Positions 1-11,054 of a stretch of 64,000 nucleotides of DNA are shown in pieces; position 1 is the stretch's first letter, and every line of letters starts with the position of its first letter. The notes beneath the pieces were generated by a model. The model was not told the DNA's origin, ran no database searches, and worked only from the letters and a program-made list of their open reading frames with translations. Both the position numbers and the translations under genes were made by a program. The stretch comes from Macrostomum lignano. Taxonomy: Eukaryota. The stretch spans positions 61,201 through 125,200 of the forward strand of contig NIVC01003016.1 in the NCBI GenBank assembly GCA_002269645.1, written 5' to 3'.

Positions 1-905
1 GAATGGGGATTCCCTTACAGGATAGAATGGGGATTCCCTTACAGGTAGAATGGGGATTCCCTTACAGGTAGAATAGGGATTCCCTTACAGGTAGAATGGC
101 GAATCCCTTACAGGGTAGAATGGGGATTCCCTTACAGGTAGAATGGGGATTCCCTTACAGGGTAGAATGGGGATTCCCTTACAGGTAGAATGGGATTCCC
201 TTACAGGTAGAATGGGGATTCCCTTACAGGTAGAATGGCGATCACTTTATAGATAGAATGGGGATTCCCTTACAGGTAGAATGGCGAATCCCTTACAGGT
301 AGAATAAGGATTCCCTTACAATTAGAATGGGGATTCCCTCACAGGTAGAATGGCGAATCCCTTACAGGTAGAATAGGGATTCCCTTACAGGTAGAATGAG
401 GATTCCCTTACAGGTAGAATGGCGAATCCCTTACAGGGTAGAATGGGGATTCCCTTACAGGTAGAATGGAGATTCCCTTACAGGTAGAATGGGGATTCCC
501 TTACAGGGTAGAATGGGGATTCCCTTACAGGTAGAATGGGGATTCCCTTACAGGTAGAATGGCGATTACTTTATAGATAGAATGGGGATTCCCTCACAGG
601 TAGAATGGCGAATCCCTTACAGGTAGAATAGGGATTCCTTACAGGTAGAATGGGGATTCCCTTACAGGTAGAATGGCGAATCCCTTACAGGGTAGAATGG
701 GGATTCCCTTACAGGTAGAATGGGGATTCCCTTACAGGTAGAATGGGGATTCCCTTACAGGTAGAATGGGGATTCCCTTACAGGGTAGAATGGCGAATCC
801 CTACAGGTAGAATGAGGATTCCCTTACAGGTAGAATGGCGAATCCCTTACAGGGTAGAATAAGGATTCCCTTACAGGTAGAATGGGGATTCCCTTACAGT
901 AGAAT
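1..905. repeat. Minisatellite, ~23-bp unit GGTAGAATGGGGATTCCCTTACA
   Basis: About 39 near-identical tandem units read directly, with variants GGCGAATCCC and an extra G; runs off the window start. Confidence 0.97.
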
Positions 906-1603
906 GGGGATTCCTTTTGATGAATGGCGATTCCCATAACCGATTCCCGATAGATAGATACTTGGAAACTAATATAAGCAATTCTCAATGTAAGCCACAA
1001 GCACAGAGAGTTAAGCTCAAGACAAATAAATAAATTATTCCAAATCCTGCACAGCGAATGGATCAGCCAGTCGGACAGTCCGCACCAGGGTAATTATTAT
1101 TTGGCAAAGGATGGCCAGCCCTTATGCAATACTAAGCCAAACAAGCATTATAAACTAACAATTATAACTTGTCACTCGAGGCAGCCACGAAACCAAATTA
1201 GTGTTTAAGTGTAAGAACACATATACTAGTATACTGTAGAATAAACTAGATGTCACTCGCAAAAATTCGCTTATCTACTTCTTTGTCAGTAGTAAAATTA
1301 GCGTTTTAGCCTTAGCAATAGTCAAATTTAAAATCTATAAAAATTTTGAAACTGCAACAATCGACTCTGGCTTTTTACAAGCAAACCCCATTGAATGCCT
1401 CCGCCTCAGACGGTCTCCAACTCGAAGTTACTTAAAAAGAAAAAAATTTAAGACCGAAGATTGCAGGAAAACTTGTAAACCCCAAATCCAGTGCGTGGGC
1501 AAAGCGACAAAGAGAGAAAGGGGTGGCGCTCTAGCCGACAGATAAAACAGTTGGGATTTCCTCTTGCCCGCTTGACATTTAACCTCTGTTTTTCTGCTCT
1601 CTC

Positions 1604-1812
1604 ATTGGCTAAGCTAGATTGGGCCTGCCCTAGACTGAGTTTCGTCCGTCTGACTTTGACTTCTCTCCTTACTGCTCTCTTATTGGCTAAGCTAGATTGG
1701 GCCTGCCCTAGACTGAGTTTCGTCCGTCTGACTTTGACTTCTCTCCTTACTGCTCTCTCATTGGCTGAGCTAGATTAGGCCTGCCCTATACTGAGTTTCG
1801 TCCGTCTGACTT
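1604..1812. repeat. ~75-bp tandem duplication (about 2.7 units) within a dispersed repeat
   Basis: ATTGGCTAAGCTAGATTGGGCCTGCCCTAGACTGAGTTTCGTCCGTCTGACTT is repeated; a related degenerate sequence (ACCTCTGTT...TTATTGGCTAAGCTAGATT) lies at ~41440-41490. Confidence 0.85.
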
Positions 1813-2546
1813 CGTCTGTCTAATCGAGTTAAATACTTGTTCATTCTTAACACCAGATGCTCCTAAGGTAAGAGAAAGGAATGGCAATTTTAGCTGCAAC
1901 AATTAAATCTAAGTGATACTGCGCAGACAACTACTGAAAAATGAGTAGACGCTCTGCTTTTTCACAACTTCAATTGCAAGTGACAACTAGTTTTCTGACA
2001 TTCCAGTATCTGGGATAAAAGATAAACATAATTAAATATGAAATGAAAATTTCAACACAAAAACAACGGAATTGAATTAAATGAAAACAACGGATTCGCA
2101 GAGCACGAGTATACTTATTAATGATGGCAGTTTTTGCAGAAGAGCGATTCAGTTAAAAAATCTTTGAAAATCTAATAAGCAATGATTTATACACAGACAT
2201 TTATTATTATAAGCGATTAGCGACTGTAATTAATACAAACATTCTAAATACACTGGCTTAGAACTGAATATATTTATTTATATTTAGCTCGTAACAAATG
2301 AAACAGGGAAAATATTAGTAAAAGTTGTAAATCTTTGCAGATAGAATACTAGGTGAACGCGATGTGCAAAATCCGAATTTTAGGATGGACAGAAGACATC
2401 GTTAGATTGATCTTTTACAATGACGGATCATGATTTTCCGAACTATTTTACAATTTACAGTAGCATTAACGTTTGACGCCAACATCACCAATCCTTTGAG
2501 GGTGCTTTGACTTGCATAATTTTGGTATTCACATAATGTGTTTGAT

Positions 2547-2826
2547 TGGCGACAAGACTGATGATACTATTGGCGCCAAAACTGATGATACTGATGGCGC
2601 CAAAACTGATGTTACTGATGGCGCCAAAACTGATGTTACTGATGGCGCCAAAACTGATGTTACTGATGGCGCCAAAACTGATGTTACTGATGGCGCCAAA
2701 ACTGATGTTACTGATGGCGCCAAAACTGATGTTACTGATGGCGCCAAAACTGATGTTACTGATGGCGCCAAAACTGATGTTACTGATGGCGCCAAAACTG
2801 ATGTTACTGATGGCGCCAAAACTGAG
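2547..2826. repeat. Minisatellite, 24-bp unit GGCGCCAAAACTGATGTTACTGAT
   Basis: About 11 tandem copies; explains the repetitive ORFs at 2512-2833. Confidence 0.97.
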
Positions 2827-2965
2827 TAACTAAACAGTATTAAGCATCAAATACTACCCTCAGAGGATATTTTAAGCCAACAAACGAACGCACAAAACAC
2901 ATTAAAAGGAAGTACAGGAAAAAACAATCATGACAATAAAAAACCAAATGTTACAGAAGACAAAA

Positions 2966-3721
2966 TCAGGTGACTTTAGGACCCGTATAGTCAACGGTGC
3001 CGCAGACGAAGTCCCTGGGTTGGGGAATTTCTAGCAGGTAGACGTGCTTAGACTGTTGCTCGTCATCAGCTGACAGATGCTGCCGATTCTGTTCCTCGCT
3101 GTTAGGCAAGGCCACTTCCCGGTAGTAGCGGCAGACCCGCTGGCCCAAGTCGTGATCGTACGGCGGCGCCAGGATGTCAATAAAAGCCGCTCCGTCGCCC
3201 AGTGCCTGCAGCTCGTGATAGCCGCCCTCAGACGGGGTCAGCAGGAGCGGCTGTGAGGCAGAGGTGAACACGCCGTCAGTAGACAGGGTGACGGCAGTCA
3301 GCTCGGGCAGCTGCCATCGAGGCAACAGACGAGCGGCCAGAGCGGCTTTGGCGGCTGCGGCGGCCGAGGCGGAGGCTGGCGAATAGGCGCGACAGCGCAG
3401 ACTGCCGTGGATGAGGCGGCACAGGCCGAACATGTCCGGATGATCGTGCAGCGGGATCCGGGCGCCGGGGCGCAGAACAAATATGCCCATAGACAGTGCG
3501 GCATTCTCAACTATGTGCAGATAGAGCACAGGCGGCGAGTGAGTGCCACTGGCGTCCGTGACGAGGCGGGTGTCAAAGTCCACATCCTTGGTGCCGACAT
3601 TCGACAGCAGCTGCAGCAGGCGGGCGAGGCCGTCCTTGCTGACGCTTGACGCGCCCTGCTCAGTGACGGACGAAAATAATTGATAGGCAGCATTGGCAAC
3701 AGCTGCTATGCGGGTGGTCAT
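2966..3721 (-). CDS. ADO: 2-aminoethanethiol (cysteamine) dioxygenase, PCO/ADO cupin family, single coding exon, 251 aa
   Basis: Family motifs SMGIFVLRPGARIPLHDHPDMFG (HxH metal site), FIDILAPPYD, CRYY and C-terminal FVCGTVDYTGP. Confidence 0.93.
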   Translation of the reverse strand: MTTRIAAVANAAYQLFSSVTEQGASSVSKDGLARLLQLLSNVGTKDVDFDTRLVTDASGTHSPPVLYLHIVENAALSMGIFVLRPGARIPLHDHPDMFGLCRLIHGSLRCRAYSPASASAAAAAKAALAARLLPRWQLPELTAVTLSTDGVFTSASQPLLLTPSEGGYHELQALGDGAAFIDILAPPYDHDLGQRVCRYYREVALPNSEEQNRQHLSADDEQQSKHVYLLEIPQPRDFVCGTVDYTGPKVT

Positions 3722-5109
3722 GCCTCAATAGGATAAGTGACACTTATTATTAGTGTATTGTGCCAAGCAGCCTTGAGGTTATTTGAGTCGTCACCAGTGC
3801 AGCTAAGAACACTGCCTAGCAGAAGAATGCATGAGATTTACAATTAAGCACTGATTTAGCTATATAGAATTAGCCATAAAAGTTCTAGTAAAGTCAGCAT
3901 GAAAGGGCCAGTCAGCATAAGCTCATAAAGTGGAGCCCCCTAGTAACCTATGTACACAAATAATATGTCATTCTGCTGACAGTGACACCAGGAAGCTAGA
4001 TTTGGCAAAAAACTTAGGTTAAGTCCCTATTCCCTAATTATCTCTATTTTTGTTTGTTAAAAATGGTTTATAATTTTTTAAACCTTTCTTAATATAAAAA
4101 AACTTTTATACCTTATTATATAAAAAGTAGCAATTTTAATAGGAAATTATATAATTTTATTTATTTATTATTTTGATCTTGACTTTAGCAATTGCTTGAC
4201 ATAGCATATATGTCAATAAAATAAAATAAAATAAAAATTAGCATACTATTATATTATTTAATACTAATATAAATTTTTCAAAGCCACTTTTTATTCCAAT
4301 ATAGACTTATTAGACTTCATATATTTAAAACTATGGCCTGTCACAACTCCAAGATAGTCTAGGCCTATCTAAGCCTTTTATGGCTAAAAATAAATAAACC
4401 TAGCTATAAATATGAGGCCTAACTATCTTAATTATAGCCAATGGGGCAGATGATGCAGAAATCAAGGAACTTAAACCTTGGCGTGGCCCAGCCAGTTGGG
4501 AGGCCTAAAAGGGCTAGCTCCTTAGCAAAATCATACTGCAAGTTTTTGAGAAAATGTTTTGTTGTCTTTATATAGTTATTTAAATAATAACTGCATCAAA
4601 TGTCTTACTAAATTGTTCTTGCATTACCAAAGGCCAATCTATGCCAGATGCTATCTATGATAATAGCAATTAAATACAATAGGGGCCTATGGTTAATTAT
4701 TGTCTACTTTCCTAGCTTTATTTAATAACCATCTCTATTGGAATAAATTTAGAAAATTTGTAAACACATCAAAGGTCTAGTAAAAAATAAAAACATGCTA
4801 AGGGGTCACTCTCCAAGGTACATGGGCCATATCAAGGGGTCACCAAGAGTGCACTAGGCCTATGACTTGTGACATTGTAACAATAAAGGACCTTCCTGCA
4901 AAAGACCTTTTTAGCACTCTACATTGCTCTGACATTGCTAACAAAACAATATTGTTATAGTGTTATGCAAAACATGCTTAATAACTTTGTCAACTTTTGA
5001 TATTTTATCTATTTTATGAAATAGATGAATAAAAATAACAACATGCTCATTTTGACATAGATTCCAAGCACTATACCAAATGTTATATTGCAGTGTGCTT
5101 ATACATACA

Positions 5110-5405
5110 CAACAGTTAGCTGAGTCGGCCAATCCTGCCGACCAATTTGGTGGCCAACCAAGGAAGTTGCAAAAATTCCCACCCAAAAAAACCAAAGTAG
5201 TAGTACTAAGTAGCTGATGAGGCATTTTGACTTAATAAGACAATCATAGTTACTCCTGCCATTTACCCAAAGTTGCGTTAATTTTGCATTAGGGTCTTTT
5301 TTCATGTAAGTGGCATTTATGGCCAAAAACTATGTCACATTTTTGTTAAAACTAAGTTGCATGGCTGACCAAATTTTGGAGGTTGCGCATGTATGAGTGT
5401 GCTGC
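5110..5405. mobile_element. Dispersed repeat, CpG-decayed copy (family shared with 37409-37685)
   Basis: Colinear with 37409-37685 over ~290 bp (e.g. CCAACCAAGGAAGT..AAAGTAGTAGTACTAAGTAGCTGA..TTACCCAAAGTTGCGTTAATTTTG). Confidence 0.85.
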
Positions 5406-5609
5406 ACCAAATGCTAGGCCCCTTATCTCACTGAAAATGTGCTTGTGCTATATTGCAAGGTCATTTTGAAAATGTACCAGATAGTCTAACTATCTACTAT
5501 TTAACAACTTTTTTTAATAGGGATAATTATAAGATTTGGCATTTAGGCTTTATTAAGCTTTAATCTAAGGTAATTGTTATTTGTCTAATGACCTAACAAA
5601 TATGTTTTA

Positions 5610-5899
5610 GGCAATGGCTAGAGTTCCGACACCGGAGCCCGTTTTCTAGCGGCTACGGATCTGGCAATGCCATTATAATATAGATGGAACATTATATTTT
5701 TCTTTCTACAGGTGGCTGATATTGAGATTTTGTTCTAGATTAAAATTTAAGACAATATGATAAAATTCGGGACAAGATGCTTCTAATATTCAGACTTCTT
5801 AAGATATGTTCTTAGCAGTCTTTATATGCTTCTATATGGCACTGCCGGATCCCTAGCTGTTAGAAAACGGGTTCAGGTGCCGGAACTCTAGCCATTGCC
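5610..5899. mobile_element. Mutator-like MITE with ~65-bp TIRs and 9-bp TSD
   Basis: TIR GGCAATGGCTAGAGTTCCG... / ...CGGAACTCTAGCCATTGCC; identical flanking TATGTTTTA at 5601-5609 and 5900-5908. Confidence 0.88.
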
Positions 5900-6025
5900 T
5901 ATGTTTTAACTCTTAGTGACATATATTTGTTTACTAGGCCTAGTTACTAAAAAAATAATAATTGCCTTAATCTATTGCTTTGTTTGGTTTTAAACAAATT
6001 GTCAATAAATAAATAAAGTAAAAAT

Positions 6026-6865
6026 GGCATTCCTTCAGTTTACGATCATTGAAATTAGTGACGATCCCCATTGGAAAGATAGGGAAGATACAAAATTGTT
6101 GTTTATTTCATCAAAATGCAAAAAAAACAGTGTAGACAAGCATTCCAATCCTTTTTATTTATCCATCATAACACTAGCTGCTACATGTTCAAATGAAAAA
6201 AGAAGGTAAAGGGGTTATAGTGATTCATTTCACAGTTCCAAGAATCCAAAGATGATCCTATATATCCACTTTGGTTTACGATCATTTAAATGGAAGAGAT
6301 ACATGTAAATGATTGTGAACCAAAGCTAGCGTATGTGTGTAAGGGGGTTTTGGTGTTTTACAAGCTCTATCTGAAATTGATCACTATCTCATTACATGGC
6401 TAGCTTCGGTTCACGATCATTGACATATATTGCTTACATCTAAATGATCATAAACCGAAGCTGAGGGGGGGGGGTGGCAGTGTGCAGAGAATAATAAAGC
6501 ATCAAGTTACTTGGGAGCGCACGTTAACTCAAGATGACATTTCAATCGCCAACAAGCCACCAAATAAATATATGACTACATATGTCTTCGACACCCCCCT
6601 TAGCTTCGGTTCACGATCATTTACATGTATTGCTTCCGTTTAAATGATCGTAAACTGAAGTGGATATATAGGATCCTTGTCATCGCCATGCCATGAAAGA
6701 AACCATTTGTCGGCTATTCTGTTCAGTTTTTTTAATGTAACGAATAAGCTCAGTTTAACAATTTTTGTTTATTTCAAGCAAGCTATGATCATTTATATGA
6801 AAAATTACATGGGGATTGTGAACCGAAATATGGGTGGAAAAATGATTGTAAACCAAAGGAATGCC
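6026..6865. mobile_element. Foldback-type non-autonomous DNA transposon with long internal inverted arms and 8-bp TSD
   Basis: Termini GGCATTCC.../...GGAATGCC flanked by GTAAAAAT at 6018-6025 and 6866-6873; 6254-6330 is the reverse complement of 6600-6675; internal subrepeat GGTT(T/C)ACGATCATT. Confidence 0.82.
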
Positions 6866-9640
6866 GTAAAAATATAGGCCTTATAGCCAAAGAACCTAAC
6901 CAAAACATAAGAATCTATTTTTTAAGATTCAAGAAAAAAACTTTTTAGATAAAAAAACAAAATGTAAAAGACAAAAGTTTTTAAAATATATTAGGTCTAA
7001 TTAATTCTAATAGCACCAAGCAAGGAGATTATGTGCCAATTCAAAATGTTTTAAAGTGAAAAATCCATATTATAGGCCTAGGCCTAGGCCTAGTGCACTG
7101 CAACTGCTGGTGCTTCAAGTTTGGTAAATAGCTCACCATTTTTTGTTTTCTAAGAACTAGGGTAATCAAATAGTCTCTGACTCTGACTCTATAAAAAGAT
7201 GGCCTTTTCATTTCATCATTTTATCTATTCATTACCATTAACACTTATTTTTATATACTACAGTAAGTAAGCCCTCATCAAGTAGGTCTAAAATTTAGAA
7301 TAGACAAGCGCCCACATGGGCAGCCAGGATTTATTTTCGTGGGAGCGGGAGGCAGGGATGGGAGCGGCAGGCAGGGATATCCTGGATGATAATATCCTGG
7401 ATATGAATCATATAAAAGGCCAAATACTCCTAGGCCTAACTGTTGAATAACTGTGTGAAGATAAAAAACATTTCCCCAAAAACTTGCAGTATAATTTCGA
7501 CGAGGAGCTGGCCCCCCTCAGGCCTCCCAACTGCCTGCGCCACGGCCACGCCAAGGTTTAAGTAAGTTCCTTTCAACGAGTTTCAAGATTTCTGCGTAGG
7601 GCCTAGGGCCTAGTAGAGTCATCATCTGCTGTGCTGCGCGATACGGAAAAATTGAATTAAATTTTTGAAAATAGGAGCAGCTGTAAAAAACAATTATGTT
7701 TATAAAAATTGAACTATTCGGTAGCACAACGTTTGAAAATCAGTAAAAACTCTGTTTTTCGAAATTTTAGATTTTTATTGTGTAGGCCTACTTGCTGTTA
7801 AAATTTAGGGCTTAATCGTTTCTTAATATAAGATTTGACGGCCTGTAACTCCATCCAGACACTTGAACACTTATCACTTGTCAGCATCGGTTTCACTGCA
7901 CTGGGTCGTAATTAAGTATGCTAGCTAGTTACTTACTTAGGCCCTTATATCTAATATAATATAGACCTGATTTTGATTTTAAAACAAACTAAATTAAGTA
8001 GCTACGCCCCTAGTTCTGACCGTCTAGGTGCCATGGGAAGTGGGGTGTCTGCTCTGCATAGCATAGCATCGCCATAGCCATAGGCCTGGCTACGCCTAGG
8101 CCTACCGCCTATTGGCTAATAGTACCTAGGCTAGGCCTATTGGCCTGCTGGCCTACATTTGTACTGTTTATAGCATGGCAATTTATTCTTGTAGGCCTAT
8201 ATAAAACCTTTATCAATTGGCATTGCATAGCATAGGCCTATGGTAATAGGCCTAGGGCTTCAGGCTACAGCTAAGCCTACCTTGAACCCTTTAGTTTTAC
8301 TATTTTATCAGGCCTACTAGGCCTATTTTAGCTCAATTTTGTTGCTAAGTTCAATGGCCCATGGCTGCCACCGCTGCCACCGCTATCTGTTCCCTATCCC
8401 CTCGAACGTCTTCTTCTATTTTGTATATGGATTCCAAAGGGGAAGTCTGAAAATCCCGCTGGTTGTCTATCTAGAGGAGAAAGAGATGGCCGAACATTAA
8501 AAACCAATTCTAATAAGAGAAATCTCCCACTTGGGTGGCACTTGCCATATATATAATAGAAATAAAATAATCCCAACAGGCCAAGAAGAAGTTAGGCCCT
8601 AACCTTAAGAGTTTAGGCAGAATTTTTTAATTTGCTAGCATAGCGGCGGACATTAAAAATATAGGTAGAAAGGTTAAAACTGGGAAAAGTTATTTTCCTA
8701 GATGCTTGTTGTTGAGAGATAAAGTTCGGTTCCTAAAGGTATTCTAGGTTTTGAATAGGCTGACTAATGCAATTTAGAAAGTCAGGATGACAGCGTCTTC
8801 ATTCACTAGTATAGAGTATAGTATAGTATATAGCCTAGGGTTTTTTATTAGCTTATTAGGTCTACTAAGATGCAAAACTATAATTTATAGGCCTATCCAA
8901 GGTCTAATTTGAAGATATAATTAAATAACATAGGCCTAATATCCTTAAATGGCTTAATTGCACAAAAAATAAACTTAGCAATAGCTACAACCTACAACTA
9001 AGGCTAAGGCAAAGCATAAACTATTTGGTTGTTTATCTTTTTATTAAAGCAAGTATAGGTATGATTATAAACAATTACTTTTAGGCCTAATAGTGGATTT
9101 AAGGAGAAAAGGCATATGTTTCCTATTAAGTTAGATTTTTTATTTGGAAAATGTATATTTATTATATAATAAATTATATTCTATTATATATAAAATATGA
9201 TAATATATACCCTTGCTGGCCTTATAATTTATATATTTTTTATACTTGGTTGATATATTAATTAGCAAGAGGCAACAGGGTTGCTAACTAATATTAGCAA
9301 CCCTGTCTTGTCATATATATATAATCTCCCTAATTTACATTAGCCATGCAACTTACTTTTTGACCAAAAATATGATTTACCTATGAAATAAACCTTAAAG
9401 TAGAAATTACTGTAAATTTGGATGAATAGCAAGAGTAACTAACTATTTTATTAAGCCAAAATGTCTTGGCATCTTATTAATACTACATCTATATTTTTAA
9501 GTGGGCATTTTTATGACTTCTCCTTGACCTTGGTCTATCACAATTTATAGTGGCTAGATCAGCCAGGTTGGCCTGCAATTGCGCATGTATAAACCCTATC
9601 ATTGCCACTAGGCTTTTTGTACATTTAGGATATGTTAAAA

Positions 9641-9810
9641 GGCTTGTGGCCTATTGGTTAAAGCATTAGACTCACAACTTGAAAGTTAGAAGGTTTGATT
9701 CCTTAATCCTTATTCTATTAGAACAATTTATATCCTTGAAAAAGACATTAAACTGTGTTGCTTCAGTTTACTTAGCTAGAAACTGAGCACTAGAATTAGT
9801 TAGGATAATT
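9641..9810 (+). mobile_element. tRNA-derived SINE family 1, heavily C>T/G>A mutated copy
   Basis: Aligns with copies at 25612-25838, 27072-27322 and 63112-63345: A box GTGGCCTATTGG, B box GGTTTGATTCC, central TCCTTGA..TTGCTTCAGTT. Confidence 0.7.
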
Positions 9811-10207
9811 GAAGGTATATATAGCAATATTAGTTTAGTCTAAGATTAAATAGCCATATGTAGGCTTTAGATACATAGTGCATATCTGTCCATTAGAGCA
9901 AGTATAATCTATTATCGTTATTGTTTAGGCCCTATTGCTAATGCTAATTTTTTGCTATATATTATTTCTTGTGCAAAAATCAATTTGGTCTTAAAATTAG
10001 GCCTAGGATGCCAGGTTGAAGTCCCCAATTATCTCTTGCTTGTTCTCTCTTATCTCAGGTGCAATTTTTTATTACTTTCTGCCAAATCCAGCTTCTTGGT
10101 GTCACTGTGAGTAGAATAAAGTATCATTTATATACATAGGTTACTTAGACTCTACTTTATGAGCTTAAGTTGACAGGCCCTTTATCAAACCTAATACAAT
10201 AATTTTT

Positions 10208-10556
10208 TTATTAGAAGCAGGGGTTGTATGCACCCTGGTGCACTTTAAGCAACATAGGCACACAACTGGCGAGAGGCATTACTGCCCCTTCTGCCAACTC
10301 CCTTGAGCAAGCATACAAACGCGTAGATACATACGCAGGCACTCACACAGGAGTATACAGCGGCCCAAACTTTATTTTAACGTTAGGAATGTACACTTCA
10401 CTGCACCTTGGGAGGTTGGCTTTCAAGGCCGTTAATTGTGCAAGCAGAGCCAAGCCAAGTTCCAATTCAGCCCCAAATTAATGTGACTGCACTTGGAATC
10501 GAGCCTAGGTCGCTGGCACATCAGAGCCTGCGCTAGACCACTGGGCTACAGCCCCT
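10208..10556 (-). mobile_element. tRNA-derived SINE family 2, copy A (mutated)
   Basis: Colinear with 12576-13209 and 49051-49345; minus-strand head with A box (TAGCCCAGTGG) and B box (GGCTCGATTCC). Confidence 0.8.
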
Positions 10557-11054
10557 TAATAATAATATAATAGTTATTATTATTTCATTTTTTATAATTT
10601 CATGTCACATTAAGTTATTTAGGTAGTCTTTATTTGTATCAATACAGGGAGAACAAAAAATGGAAGCCTGGTTAGCCCTAGTGCTAACTTAATGTAATAT
10701 AGATCAAAGCTATTCACAGATGTTATATATCAATCTATTGTTTAATATAGAGATAATATGAACCACACCACAAAAAATTATCACAAGCAATAAGCTTTTT
10801 ATAATCTTCATTTAATTTGGAGCAATTTTTATGGTTGTTAAAAAGTAAATGTACATACTTTGAGCATTTATTTTTTATTTCCTTTTGCTTTCCAGCCTAC
10901 TTGAATCACCATTGGATATGTAAAATTGGCCCTCATTCTAGGTTGAGCCAATCATTGCTTGTCTTTGTGCATTCCAAACTGAGACTAATCAATCATCTAA
11001 AAAATATTTTGCTGTATTCTATAGATTCGTTTTGAAATTTTCTAAGCAGTTTAA

